From assembly GCA_000708835.1 (NCBI GenBank), contig DF237121.1:1-64000 (forward strand): DNA of 64,000 bases, in the 5' to 3' direction. The notes under the pieces are model-generated. The model ran no database searches. It saw nothing but the letters and a program-made list of their open reading frames with translations, and was not told the DNA's origin. Source of the stretch: Klebsormidium nitens. Its lineage: Eukaryota; Plantae; Klebsormidiophyceae. Shown piece after piece: positions 1 through 11,700 of the stretch. Every line of letters starts with the position of its first letter. Within the stretch, counting starts at the first letter, position 1. Made by a program: the position numbers and the translations under genes.

Positions 1-659
1 CATGATATCGCACCGACATAAGACCGCATGACACACCAGCTCGCGTGTGATAAAATATTTACCGCACTTTCGATCATGCATATACTAGTTCACTTCGCGG
101 GAGTGCAGTCGAGATACTTATAACGATTTTTTCGATCGACATTATGTCAAATCAAACCTACAACCTGCCGCCTCACCATAAGTTCCGGCATGATACTTCA
201 ATTGATTGCGCGCCCATGCACTGAGGCCGTGTTATGTTCATTCACCCATGTGCAGTTCAGGTGCCTGCGAGTTGCCTGCAGCCCGTTAAACATATCCATC
301 AAGACGTACAGTGTGTTCCTCTGTGTGACGTGGATTACATGAATAAAAGAATAAAAGAGTGCAAGTTTGAAGCCTGTGGGCGGCTGCCAAGGGGATCCCT
401 CGAGGATCCACTTACCGTTCCCGGAACGATCCGGATCGTGGACGGAGCGGAACCGGAACATGCGAGTGTACGTGTCATGCCTTCATTCGCCAGACTGGTG
501 ACGTACCCTGGTGACGAAGTGGTGACGCAACCAGCCTTCTTGTTGACACTAACCGCTTACACTCCCCATGCAACGTCTTGGTGATGCTGACTGGTGTCAA
601 GACCCAGACCTTGAAGGCGCAGGGCTTCGTGAAAAGACTTTGCCGGCCTGCCAGCATAA

Positions 660-953
660 GGCGACTCGAAGTTAAATCCCGGTTTCCGGTCCCCGACCGA
701 CCCAAAATCCGAAGGATTTTGGAAAATAATAATAAATATTGTGGATATTTTGTCCCAGATTTTCCGATTTTGGGCTGAAATATTGAGACTCTAAAAGCTC
801 TGGGCCAAGAAATGAGGTTTTCCTCCCAAAAATACTCCATATTATTTCATCTTATGAACATACTAGCAAAAAACCAACTATTATTTTTTCCCGACCGACC
901 GACCCACCCAAAAGGGGGTAGGACCGGAACCCGGGAATTAAATTCGACCCGCC
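660..953. mobile_element. Tourist/PIF-Harbinger-like MITE
   Basis: 33-bp imperfect terminal inverted repeats (GGCGACTCGAAGTTAAATCCCGGTTTCCGGTCC at 660-692 vs reverse complement of 921-953, 28/33 identical). TAA flanks both ends (657-659, 954-956). The interior is AT-rich and non-coding. Confidence 0.8.
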
Positions 954-1284
954 TAAGACTGCTTTGTAAGCACTGGGGAAGCACTGGTCAGAGTGGTTCA
1001 GAGCAGAATCTGAGAAAGCATAAGGACAACATGCAACACTTGAAGGAGGTAGGAAGGAAGACGCACTACACAGTTGAATAGCTCAATGGCATGGGGAGCT
1101 TCACGGGACAGGCACCCATGTTTTAGAAAGGGCTCATTGGTCCAAAACAAGGGCTCTCACTTTGGGACTCAAGGAAGCGCATTCGAACCTTCCGGCAAGT
1201 GAGCCAAACACTGATTGGTTTGAAGTTGTACTCTGACAATTCTATATCTCAAAACTAAGGTAAGTTGAAGCACAAGGATGCACG

Positions 1285-1952
1285 NNNNNNNNNNNNNNNN
1301 NNNNNNNNNNNNNNNNNNNNNNNNNNNNNNNNNNNNNNNNNNNNNNNNNNNNNNNNNNNNNNNNNNNNNNNNNNNNNNNNNNNNNNNNNNNNNNNNNNNN
1401 NNNNNNNNNNNNNNNNNNNNNNNNNNNNNNNNNNNNNNNNNNNNNNNNNNNNNNNNNNNNNNNNNNNNNNNNNNNNNNNNNNNNNNNNNNNNNNNNNNNN
1501 NNNNNNNNNNNNNNNNNNNNNNNNNNNNNNNNNNNNNNNNNNNNNNNNNNNNNNNNNNNNNNNNNNNNNNNNNNNNNNNNNNNNNNNNNNNNNNNNNNNN
1601 NNNNNNNNNNNNNNNNNNNNNNNNNNNNNNNNNNNNNNNNNNNNNNNNNNNNNNNNNNNNNNNNNNNNNNNNNNNNNNNNNNNNNNNNNNNNNNNNNNNN
1701 NNNNNNNNNNNNNNNNNNNNNNNNNNNNNNNNNNNNNNNNNNNNNNNNNNNNNNNNNNNNNNNNNNNNNNNNNNNNNNNNNNNNNNNNNNNNNNNNNNNN
1801 NNNNNNNNNNNNNNNNNNNNNNNNNNNNNNNNNNNNNNNNNNNNNNNNNNNNNNNNNNNNNNNNNNNNNNNNNNNNNNNNNNNNNNNNNNNNNNNNNNNN
1901 NNNNNNNNNNNNNNNNNNNNNNNNNNNNNNNNNNNNNNNNNNNNNNNNNNNN
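1285..1952. other. assembly gap (N run)
   Basis: 668 N. Both flanks carry related sequence (AAGTTGAAGCACAAGGATGCACG left, AAGTTAAAGTAAAGGATGCACG at ~2066-2087), suggesting a collapsed repeat. Confidence 0.95.
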
Positions 1953-3268
1953 AACATTTGGGGCCAGCTTTTCGTTCACTGGTTGCTTCAGAGTTGTCTC
2001 TGCACAATTTTTATCTTATGTGCTTTCAAGTCTTATCATATGCTTACAGGTATTATGCTCAGAGGGAAGTTAAAGTAAAGGATGCACGCAGAACGGTGGA
2101 TGTTGAACAAAAACTGGGATTATTTTAGATCGTACCCCCTAGCTAGCAAAGCATTGTGCAAAGCGCACACACGTCCGAGAAGGGTTCCCTCCCGATCATG
2201 AGCTCCCAGTTGTGGGACAGCAAGGAGGCACGCTGACCCTCCGGTTATCTAGCCGAACACTGGGGGCCAGCCTTTTGTGCTCTGATCAGTTCCTATTTTT
2301 TGATGTGCCTTAAGGTCAAGTACTTGTGGGGTGGGGGTATACATTTAAGTACCATTTTAAACAAACGTTTTTGATCACTTCCGATAGCACCTCGGGCTAC
2401 AAAGCGTGTGCCGCATTCATGTCCTAGAAGAGGTCAGTCGCAGCAGGAGCCTTTCACTTTTGGAACTCAGCGAGGCGACTGATTGAGCCAACATTCTTGT
2501 TCGCTGACTGACTTAGAGTTGTGCTCTGAGCAGGCGAGCTGCTTCTTCCTGCATTTCACAGTTCCTTTCTTGCCGTCTGTCAGTTGTTAGCTGTGGGTTT
2601 AACTGGATGTTTGAAATTAGATATGGGTTCTATTGAATGGCCTCCAAACGCAATTGTGAACAAAAGCATTGCGTTCAGGTTGTTGTCCACCAGTTCAAGC
2701 CTGCTCTCCTGTTAAGTCAGCGCTCTGCATTCCCAGGCTTAACAGCGGTCTACACCTGCATCATTGGACGACTCATCTTGGGAGGTCGTTCGCTGAGAAA
2801 ATCTGACTCACAAGAGGAGGACGGACAGCGTCTAACAGGAGAGTATCCTGCATCCAGGGTAACGTTAATGAAAATTTGAATGAACAATGGATGCAGATTC
2901 GACTTGTTTTTGTTCAGAAACTCTGAAAACAAAACAAGTGACACATTCATCTGTTCGAATCATCTGTTTAAAATTGAAAACACTTCCCAATGACCAACTT
3001 TTCCAACAGGATATTACCTAACTCAAGGAAAACTTGGAAAGCTGTCCAGTGTACCATCCTCACTGAACCGGCCGCAGGGCTGCCCCAACGGCGCAGCGGC
3101 AGCCACTGGTGGCAAAGATGGTCGTAGGTTCGGGCACGGCAAGTGCTGGATGCAGCCGAGACTCTGATGGAGATCTTTCAGATACGTCCAAATGTTTTGT
3201 TCAGAAGTTCTGGCCGTCCTCAAAGCAACGTTAGTCCGAGGAAAGAGACAAACTAGTCCACAAACTAT

Positions 3269-3463
3269 GAGCAGCCTGTAACAATCCTGGTCCGGACTCG
3301 GCTCGTAGCCGGAAGGTCATCCACCTCCAATGGACACTTTCCCGAATCGGGGTGCCCGCAGCCGACGTTCTCTATAGAGAACTCGTGAGAAGTACTGGTG
3401 CTTGGCTCAGGCCTGCCACCACGGTTGCGATCATTTGACCACCAGGATTGCTACAAGCTGCTC
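3269..3463. mobile_element. ~195-bp TIR element (MITE-like), copy 1 of 4
   Basis: Ends GAGCAGCCTGTAACAATCCTGGT ... ACCAGGATTGCTACAAGCTGCTC are ~23-bp inverted repeats. The internal sequence is shared with 4109-4301, 20841-20999 and 21446-21574. No consistent target-site duplication was found. Confidence 0.7.
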
Positions 3464-4108
3464 TCCTACTTAGCCCACCTACTTCATCGGGTTCAGATAT
3501 AATGCTTTGGACACTTACAGAGGCTTTGCCGTTTTTCCTGCTCCAGTCTCTGCTCGCGCGTCGTCGCAGCCTTGGCGCCGTCTGAAGGCTTGTTGCAGTA
3601 CAGTTCGCTGGACCCAGGTTCAATTTGACTTTGTTCAAGATTGCTGGGGAGGACAATACAAACAAAAGGCTATGTGTAAGCCATACAGGTTTTCGAAGAG
3701 ATCTCTTCACCCTAGCTTCCCCAAAAAGGCTTCCAGACGACTCAGCAAAGAATAAGCATCTTCCTGACATACCCTCCTCATTAAGCATAGTCCCTGGGCT
3801 GCTCATGGCAAGCACAGGCTCCCCTCGAAGCAATCAGGTGCGGTGTGTGCTGCTGCGAATAACCCCATGATGAGAACCTGCATGGAAATTGCAAATGTTT
3901 TGTTCAAAAACTCTCATTTGTCTTTGTGCAAAAGCTGAAAGGCAAAGAACAAACTCACCTGGGTGCTTACCCCTCACTGGAACAGTTGGGTCGTTGCAGG
4001 TTGTCAAGCAGCGAAGTGACGCCCCAGATTGTGTTGTAGTAGGAAAGACGGGCCGTCCTTAGAGTGACCCAATGCTAAAGGACGTAAACTATTGTGTTAT
4101 TCTATCCT

Positions 4109-4301
4109 GAGCAGCTTGTAGCACTCCTGGCCCGAAGTCGGCTGGGAGCCGGAAGGTCATCCACCTCCAATGGGTACTTTCCCAAATCGGGGTGCCCGCA
4201 GCCGAGGTCTCTTGTCAAGACTCGTGTTGAGTATTGGTGCTTGGCCAGGCCTACCACCACGGTTGCGGTCTATTGACCACCAGGATTGCTACAAGCTGCT
4301 C
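4109..4301. mobile_element. ~195-bp TIR element (MITE-like), copy 2 of 4
   Basis: GAGCAGCTTGTAGCACTCCTGG ... CCAGGATTGCTACAAGCTGCTC inverted ends. It shares GCCGGAAGGTCATCCACCTCCAATGG and GGGGTGCCCGCAGCCGA with copy 1. Confidence 0.7.
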
Positions 4302-5716
4302 CTACCTTCCTCCTACCTTCCTCCTACCCTACTCTAGAATCTACTTCTGTTGTTTGCCCGCTGGGAACAAACCGCTTGCAGAGGCTCAGGCTGCCAGTGC
4401 AGGGACTCGGATGCAGCCTTGAGCAGCCTACCAGGGGGACTGCCTTCGGGCTGCAGTCTGCGCAACAACCTGTCACTCGTGACAGGGTACGTGACCAGTC
4501 CAATCGGTGTGAGACACGTGTACACTCTTCTTCCGCTCCGTTATTCCGGTTTTATGCACGTCCTTCGTGGAAGCGGAAGCTTCTGGGAACGGAATCAGCG
4601 CGAACCGGTGCTGTTCCCTGTTCCGGCCTGAGCTTTCGTCACAGGATGCATGCGGATTTTGCTTGCGAATATGCTCGCAAGAGAGAAAGCACACCGATAA
4701 TCAATAGTAGCACTGATGGAATTCCCAGAAGCACAGAATGGGCAACTTTGAACGCTCTTATTTAAGACTTGGTAAGCGAGAAAGATTCATCTGGATTCCA
4801 AATGCTAGCGGAGGCTGTAAGAAAGCACGGACGCAACAACCTAGAGACTTCCTTACTGAGCATGGTTGTCGATGGAACTTTGCATATTGTTGTTGTTGCA
4901 CGTGGATGAAGTTGGCGGCCCTGAAATGATCACCGTCGTGCAAGGTACCGCATCCTTAGGGATTAGTATCCAAACTCAAGTCATGCATATGACGGATCAT
5001 GGATTAACACCTAAAAAGCAGCTGTCGAATATATGCTACACGCAACACTTAATCCAATTGTTAACCAAGAGCTGAGTAAATGACCACGTACCTCCACAGC
5101 TATATACACGATCAACAATTGCTCATGAAACGTACCGGCTAGCTATAGTAGTATGATGGATATCCGGATGCGCTCAAACATGAGCTGCTCCGGCGCTCTG
5201 AGTTGGGCCTTGGCGCCGTGTTGGCGCCCGGCCGGGCTCTCACTTTCCATGTACACACGCATTGTCCATGTATACATGTGGACTTCTTATTCATCGATCA
5301 CGCATACGCTAAGTGGCATGAGCTCGGACGCATATAAGATGGCTATGGCGGCAGCATGTACCGCGGATTAGTGAAGCTGGGCATGCAGCCAGTCTGATAT
5401 CCGAATGTTTTAGAGTCCACTAGACGTCAGCACTGCCGGTGACTCAAGGTCGGCACTCATTTATGCGCAAGCAGGTACCCTAGGCATGGACGGTCAACGG
5501 AACTTAAAAGTTCCTCGGCAACTTCCCACTGCTCACATTCACAACGAGAGGGCGCTTGGGTCGCTCCTTTTTGGATGTTCTTGGTCGAACCCAGGTCTCG
5601 TGTTGATCCCGCTGGTCAATTTCCACTGCCTACTTGGCATCTATCCTCTCGCGCTAGCTAACAGGCCAACGTGTAGGCCATAAAACACCGAATGTTTCCC
5701 TAAGCTGGTTGCAAGC

Positions 5717-8700
5717 TTACGTCGCTAGTCCCAACACGGACAGGAAAATGGCCATCCAGAATGTGATGGGAAGAATGGATAGAGCGTACTGCACAGGAAC
5801 GCAAGATCGTCAGCCCGGATAGATCGCAACGTCTCAAGCACTGCTCACGGTCGAGAAGATATAACGGTCATTTCGAGGAGCTGCGGGCTTCCATTGCAAA
5901 GTAACTAGAGATTAGGAGCGGTCAGGTTTGTGCACGCTACAGACTTCCAGAAGAGAGTACCTCTCATCAGAGCAACGTCAGATCGTAGCACGACTGGACC
6001 TCGCACCGCCAACGACAGAATCTACTTTGGAAGACAGCTCACCTGTCTCAGCAAGAGCCCTGCTACCATTCCGGCAAGCGGCCGAGTTTTCGCCTTCAAC
6101 TGGGCGAGCAACACGAGGTTCTGGGCGGAGGGCATCGCGGCTTCAGCCTGCGCACACAATTGCGAGTATGAGTCGCTACTTGATTTGTCTCCGAGATTGC
6201 GTTAAAATGCTTCCCCTGGTTGTTTAGTGATCGTGCTGTATGTTTTGACAGAAAGTAGCATTTGCAGGCTTCTTCCAATGCTTTTATGGGAGGCGCCTTC
6301 TGCATGCTTTAGTGCGACGCAATCGATTCTAGACGTGCGTTCGGCAGTTTTCCCGACCAACCAGGTTCCCTGTACACTCAAGTGCCGATGTTCCTTTGAG
6401 CAGGGATGACAAAGCCTCGAGCTCCGTTTGGTCAATCCGCCATACTACGACAGCTACCAGGAAACAAGCGGACTAGAAGTTTCCAAGCCCACACCTCTTT
6501 CAACCGTCCCTCAGGGGAGTTCCCTGAGTCGCTCTGGTACCCGCAGAAGTGAGGCAGGCTCACCATGAGAACTAGTCCGCAAATCGGGTCGGCCGGCAGG
6601 ATGTGCGCGCGCATCAAACCCAGGGTCAGAAATAGGTTAACCAGCGGCAGCAGCAGTAACCGCACGCCCGAAACCACCCACACCGCCCGCCCGTCCAACA
6701 CGTTCGCCGGATCGGGGCCCGGTTTCAGCCTCCCCGTTTTTCTCCTCCGTGGCTTTAGACTGCTGGATTCGCTAACCACGGAGTCTACGGGGCCCTCCCC
6801 TTCGCGGAGTGCGTCGGTTAAGGGATTTGGGTTAGCGCCGGGGGTAGCAACGAAGGGTTGCGCTCCGCCGCTGAAGCTGTGCAGGCGGGAGGGTATGGAG
6901 GCGGCTAAGGAAGAGGCGAGAACCACGGTCTGTACCGCGAGGGTGGCGGTACCAAGGAGGGAGGCGGCCTGCAGACCAGAGATGGTCTCGTTTGCTAAAA
7001 TGCGTGGCAGACTAGGTACTTGCAAAAAGTACAGATCGTAGGCAAAATGAACGGATCTGAGCCTAAAGAAGGAAGTACTTGGCAACGCGACGAGAGGACG
7101 GGTTCGGGAAAATTGAGAACCCCGACCCCGTTTCTGAAGACGCATGGAGCGCGCATTTCCTGGCTTAAACTAGAGCACATGCTCATCCGCGTGAAATCCT
7201 GGAAATAAGGGTAAAGGTCGAAGTCCGGGAGTAAGTCGCCAAGCAAGCGGAGTCCATTGACAACCTTCAGCAGTCTACTGAAGGTTCTCGGTTCTGCACA
7301 AAGAGAACGCCCCAACAGGAAAAGGTATTGAACGAAGAAAAGCAATGGTAAAATTCTAACATTCCGAAACGTCGAGCAGTCAAAAACTCAAACGTCAAGA
7401 GCTGCAAAGATGGAGCACTTCAAAGAAGACGAAACGGTTGGAACCCGGACCTCCATCACCGGCCGGAAGACTCCGCTCGTCAGCGTCGCCAGCACCGTCA
7501 GCGGAGTGATGCTCGTGGCATTCGCTAAGTTTTCCGCGGCCGCCGTCGCGGGGGGCAGGAACAAATGCGCCAGGGGGGTGGCTCCAATGATTAGCCCCAG
7601 AAACACTCCGTATAGGGGGGGGTTCATAACCCGGCCCAGCCAGGTGAGAAAGGCCTGCCACCGACCCTCCCCCTCGTAATCGCTCTCGTCGCCGTTTTCC
7701 GGATCGTCGGAGCTGCCCGCGATGATCTTGTAGCCGAACGTCCAGAGCGCGGGCGACCACCTGCGCAGAAAACGGGGAACATGGTCGCCCTTCTTTGCAG
7801 CTTTTGCTGAACGAGAATGACAGTCAAAGTAACGGGGAACTATCATAGCTGAACGTTCACAGGGCGGGCGACCACCTGCGGGGAAAAGGGGGAGCGTGGT
7901 CGCCTTTCTTTGCAGCTTTTGGTGAACGAGAGTGACACTCAAAGTAACGGGAAAATTTTGTCGCCGCAGGTTTCTAGAACGGGCGTGGGGAGAACGAGGA
8001 ACGTGGTTGCCGTGGTTTCCTATTTCACAGATTTTCCTAAGAAGACATGGACGATCAAACTGACGGAGAGATTTTGTAGCGAGACGTCGAGAAGGCGGGC
8101 GCCCACCTGCGGGCAAGATGGCTGGGGTTGGTCGCCACCTGAAGACGTGTCTGAAGATGGGTGAAAGCTGAGCGAAATTTTGAAGCAGAACTTGAGGAAA
8201 GCGGCAAGCAGACTCGGTGAGGTAGGCCGCCGTGGCGGGGTTTCGATTTGGAGAGGGGTAAGCATGGATTGGCAATGAGATACGGCGAAACTGGTGTAAA
8301 TCGCATGGATTTGGACGGTCGACCAACAGCAGGGAAGGTGACGAGGTTTGGTCGCTCTTTAGGGTGCAGCGAGAGAAAAGAGAGCTGACGTGCTTGGACT
8401 GGACAAGGCCCGGAGAATGATGACGTCAGCTACCTGAGAGCAGTATGGGGCGCCGTTCAATCACTTGTAATCCACCGAAGAGGTTCTCTAAAAATGTAGT
8501 AAGGGTTCCCCTTGCCAGCATTCGGCGGTAGTATACGACGGGCCCACTGTTTTCAGCCAGCATTACAGTCGCCTTATTCTACCATTCAGTGAAAGAGGAC
8601 AGTCTTCGTCAGCAAACGTTCGTATTTTTACCAATTGCTGCCACTTGGAGGAAGGAACGCAGTACCAATCAAAAAGCCAACAGACGTTTGCCGCGATGGG

Positions 8701-11700
8701 CCCTTTAATCCTCCTTTCAGGTTCTTGACAGCGTCAGGCTGGTGTTACGAAGAGGGACGTACGAAAAAAGAACGAGCTCACAAAGTGAACGAACGCTTAC
8801 CCAACCATGTAGAGAGCCAGGTACCCCGCCGCTTTGTCCGCACCGGCCCTGTCGAGCAGCGCCGATAGGAACACCTGAAACGTGCAAACAGGTGATGTCA
8901 GCAGGAGGCTCGCATGAAGGTGACGTCAAACCGGTTACAAATCTACTGAACGCGTATGAGACACATTGAAACGAGACTTCAGCGAGTCGTCGCTCGAACC
9001 GTAAAGCGGGTTCTCGTATGCAGACCATCGAGGGGCTTATAAAAAGAAAATAAAAGAGTGCTACAACCAAATCTTTGCGTGCGGCCGCTATACGTATTTT
9101 CTTCTTGGGTCGCCAGTCGAAAGAGAAGCAAGCTCCCTGTGAGAAACTCACCAGGGGAAGCGTGAGGGAGTTGCCAAACGCACTTGTCGCCGTCATAAGC
9201 GCCTCCTTGCTGGCGCCCAGCTTGGCAGCCCCGACGCCTTTGGGTGCCGTCAAGGCAACGGCAACGTCCGGCTGACCGGTCGCGATTGCAACACTAGCTG
9301 CACCAAAAAGAGAAAGTTGGTCGTGAACCTTTAAGTCGGAAGGGTAGCAGCTTGAAACTTTGTCGACTCCCGATTTGATAGGCGGTTTCAGTATCTTCGG
9401 ATGATTATTCGGCTGACCGGACATTTTAGCACCATTCGCTGCACCCAGGAAAGTTGCCGTTTTGTCCTGAGGAAGCCTGCCGAGATTGGAAAACAAGCAG
9501 AAAGGTTTGCGACTTCTTCCAGATTGTTTGACAGCCCCCACATCCTTGGGCCGTCAGATTAACGGCGACGTCCACCTGCTTGGTCGCGATAACAATACTG
9601 GCTGCACGAGGCGAAGACAGCTTAAGTCTTTGAGAACCTGGCCAAGATTGGGGGAAAGCAGCTCGAATACATTGATGACTGGCGGTCCTAGAAACTTCAG
9701 TCGCGGCCAAGAGCACTGACGACGTCTGGTGGCCTGGTGGCAAAATTGGCTGCAAACAGGATGCTTGCGGACAGCATTTCGGAGGCTTCCCAAGGCTACC
9801 ATGTCCGTTAGGAAAAGACGTTCGTGTCCTCTACGCAAGCAGAGCGCCGGCCGGTTTTGATTGCCCGGTCGCTCACGGGAGCATGCTACAGATATTATAG
9901 AATGTGCAAAGATCCGTCACGATTCCAGAAACGACTAGTCGGTAAGAGGAACAACTTCGAATCCTCTGCTTCTCACTTGGAACAAGCGTCGACGCTCTAA
10001 CCGTTGGTCACCAAGAGGCGGCATATCCATTTCTTCGAGACTTCCACAAAATATAACGAGCCGCTTCTCCAGAGCGAAATGACGTCACAACGCTCCGGTT
10101 CGGCATCGACAAGAAACTTCAAGAGCTCCTCTCCAGTCCTCCGGAATGGCAACGGCTTCACTCAGTCACGTGGACCCAAGCGAACATGCTTCAAAGACCT
10201 CTTAGCTGTAGTAATCAGTGTCCGGGCGCGTACGTAGACCGAGGCTAGAGGCTGGGAAACTTGCGCACTTTCCGGTCAGTGCAGAACCTCACCTGCCACT
10301 AGCGACGAGGCCCTAGTCGGTTGGTGGGCCTCGAAGTGTGCGGGCACGAGGGGGGGTTCTCGGTATGCGAAGTGCGCCGCGAGTCTGCCCATGCCTGCCC
10401 CGAGCAGGATCTGGACAATGGCGGCGACCGGAACAGCGAGCAATGCGGGGCTGAAGTCGCTGTACAGGGTGACTGCCACCTGGCACAAAAAGCGAAGAGT
10501 CTTTAAGGGAAGTATGTCTACTAATTGTTGTTTTGTTCAGCCAGTAACTGTTTTTTATCGGTGTAATGATAATGCGACACAAATCACCGCTAAGCTGGTA
10601 ACAGCGAGTAAAGCGGGGCTTAAGTCGCTGTACAGGGTGACTGCCACCTGGCAAAGAACGGTAGGGTGTCCTGAACAGGTGGATTCTCGTGAGCTCTCTG
10701 TTTCAGCCAGTGTTTGTGAATTGCCGGTGAATTTTTAGTACGATGTGAGTCTGTACTTCACGGCTAAATTGCAAGGTCCCCGTCTCCTATTCGCCTCGAT
10801 TGACTGAATGGCCGAGTTAGTGATAGCAGGCAGATGGGAGGAAAGTGGAAGAATAAATACACGGGCACATTGCATTGATGCAGAGCGCTTCCATCTCTGT
10901 CTGTTGATACTTGAGGACGGCCTCCTTTCTGCCGCGAAACGTGCTGAACCTACCTTCCGTCAGATTAGCAACCCAGGTTTCAACATAGTTTTTAGGCCAT
11001 CGAGCTTCCGGACGTTCATGTTAACGCATTAGTGTTTTCGAGGTGCAAACGCTTCATCATGACCGGGGGTTGGTTGAGCACGTACTTACTTACCTTTGAC
11101 ATCAAAAAACACGGAATGAGGAGCCGGAAAGCAACCTGCATCAGACAGCACAAGCTTTGAGCTTTGGTCTTTCACAAAGACCTACATAGACTGTCAGGCG
11201 AGGAGCTCAAAAAACCAATCAACGACTAGCATCGTGATTAGTCGAGTCCTTGCTCACACAGTGGCACATATTCAAGGACCCTGCACCCGACTTGCATTGA
11301 AGATTGAAAGTACCTCATTAGATCGGCTGTCAATCCCCTCCGCAGGGTTAGCAAGCCAATTGTCAACAGCCTCGATGGACAAAGCAATCAATCCGATTGA
11401 GATGCAGACACTAACATGCATGGATTGCCAGCTCAAGTCATTGTATCTCGTGTTCCAGCTTCTCAACATGAGGGTTCGAAGGTGCACCAAGGGGTAACGC
11501 ATCACTCAATCTATGTTGAATAAAGGAGGTTTCCAGGCTGCAATTCAGTATTCGCTTGCTTCCGATCATTAAGCTTACCTGGCTCAAGACAGCGGGTGTC
11601 GACTCTGGCAGCCGGCCCGACTTCTGCATCCAGACGACCAGCGCTGCAAAGAGTGAGGGATTCATCAGTAAAGCCAACCGGTTGCCGCAGCTCACCTGTG

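Noticed and set aside
234-584. 116-aa ORF near the window start
   Set aside because: It has a non-ATG start, no recognisable motif and no supporting exon structure.
1169-2128. Long ORFs in the ORF track spanning the first gap (and 58852-59685 for the second gap)
   Set aside because: These are artefacts of N runs.
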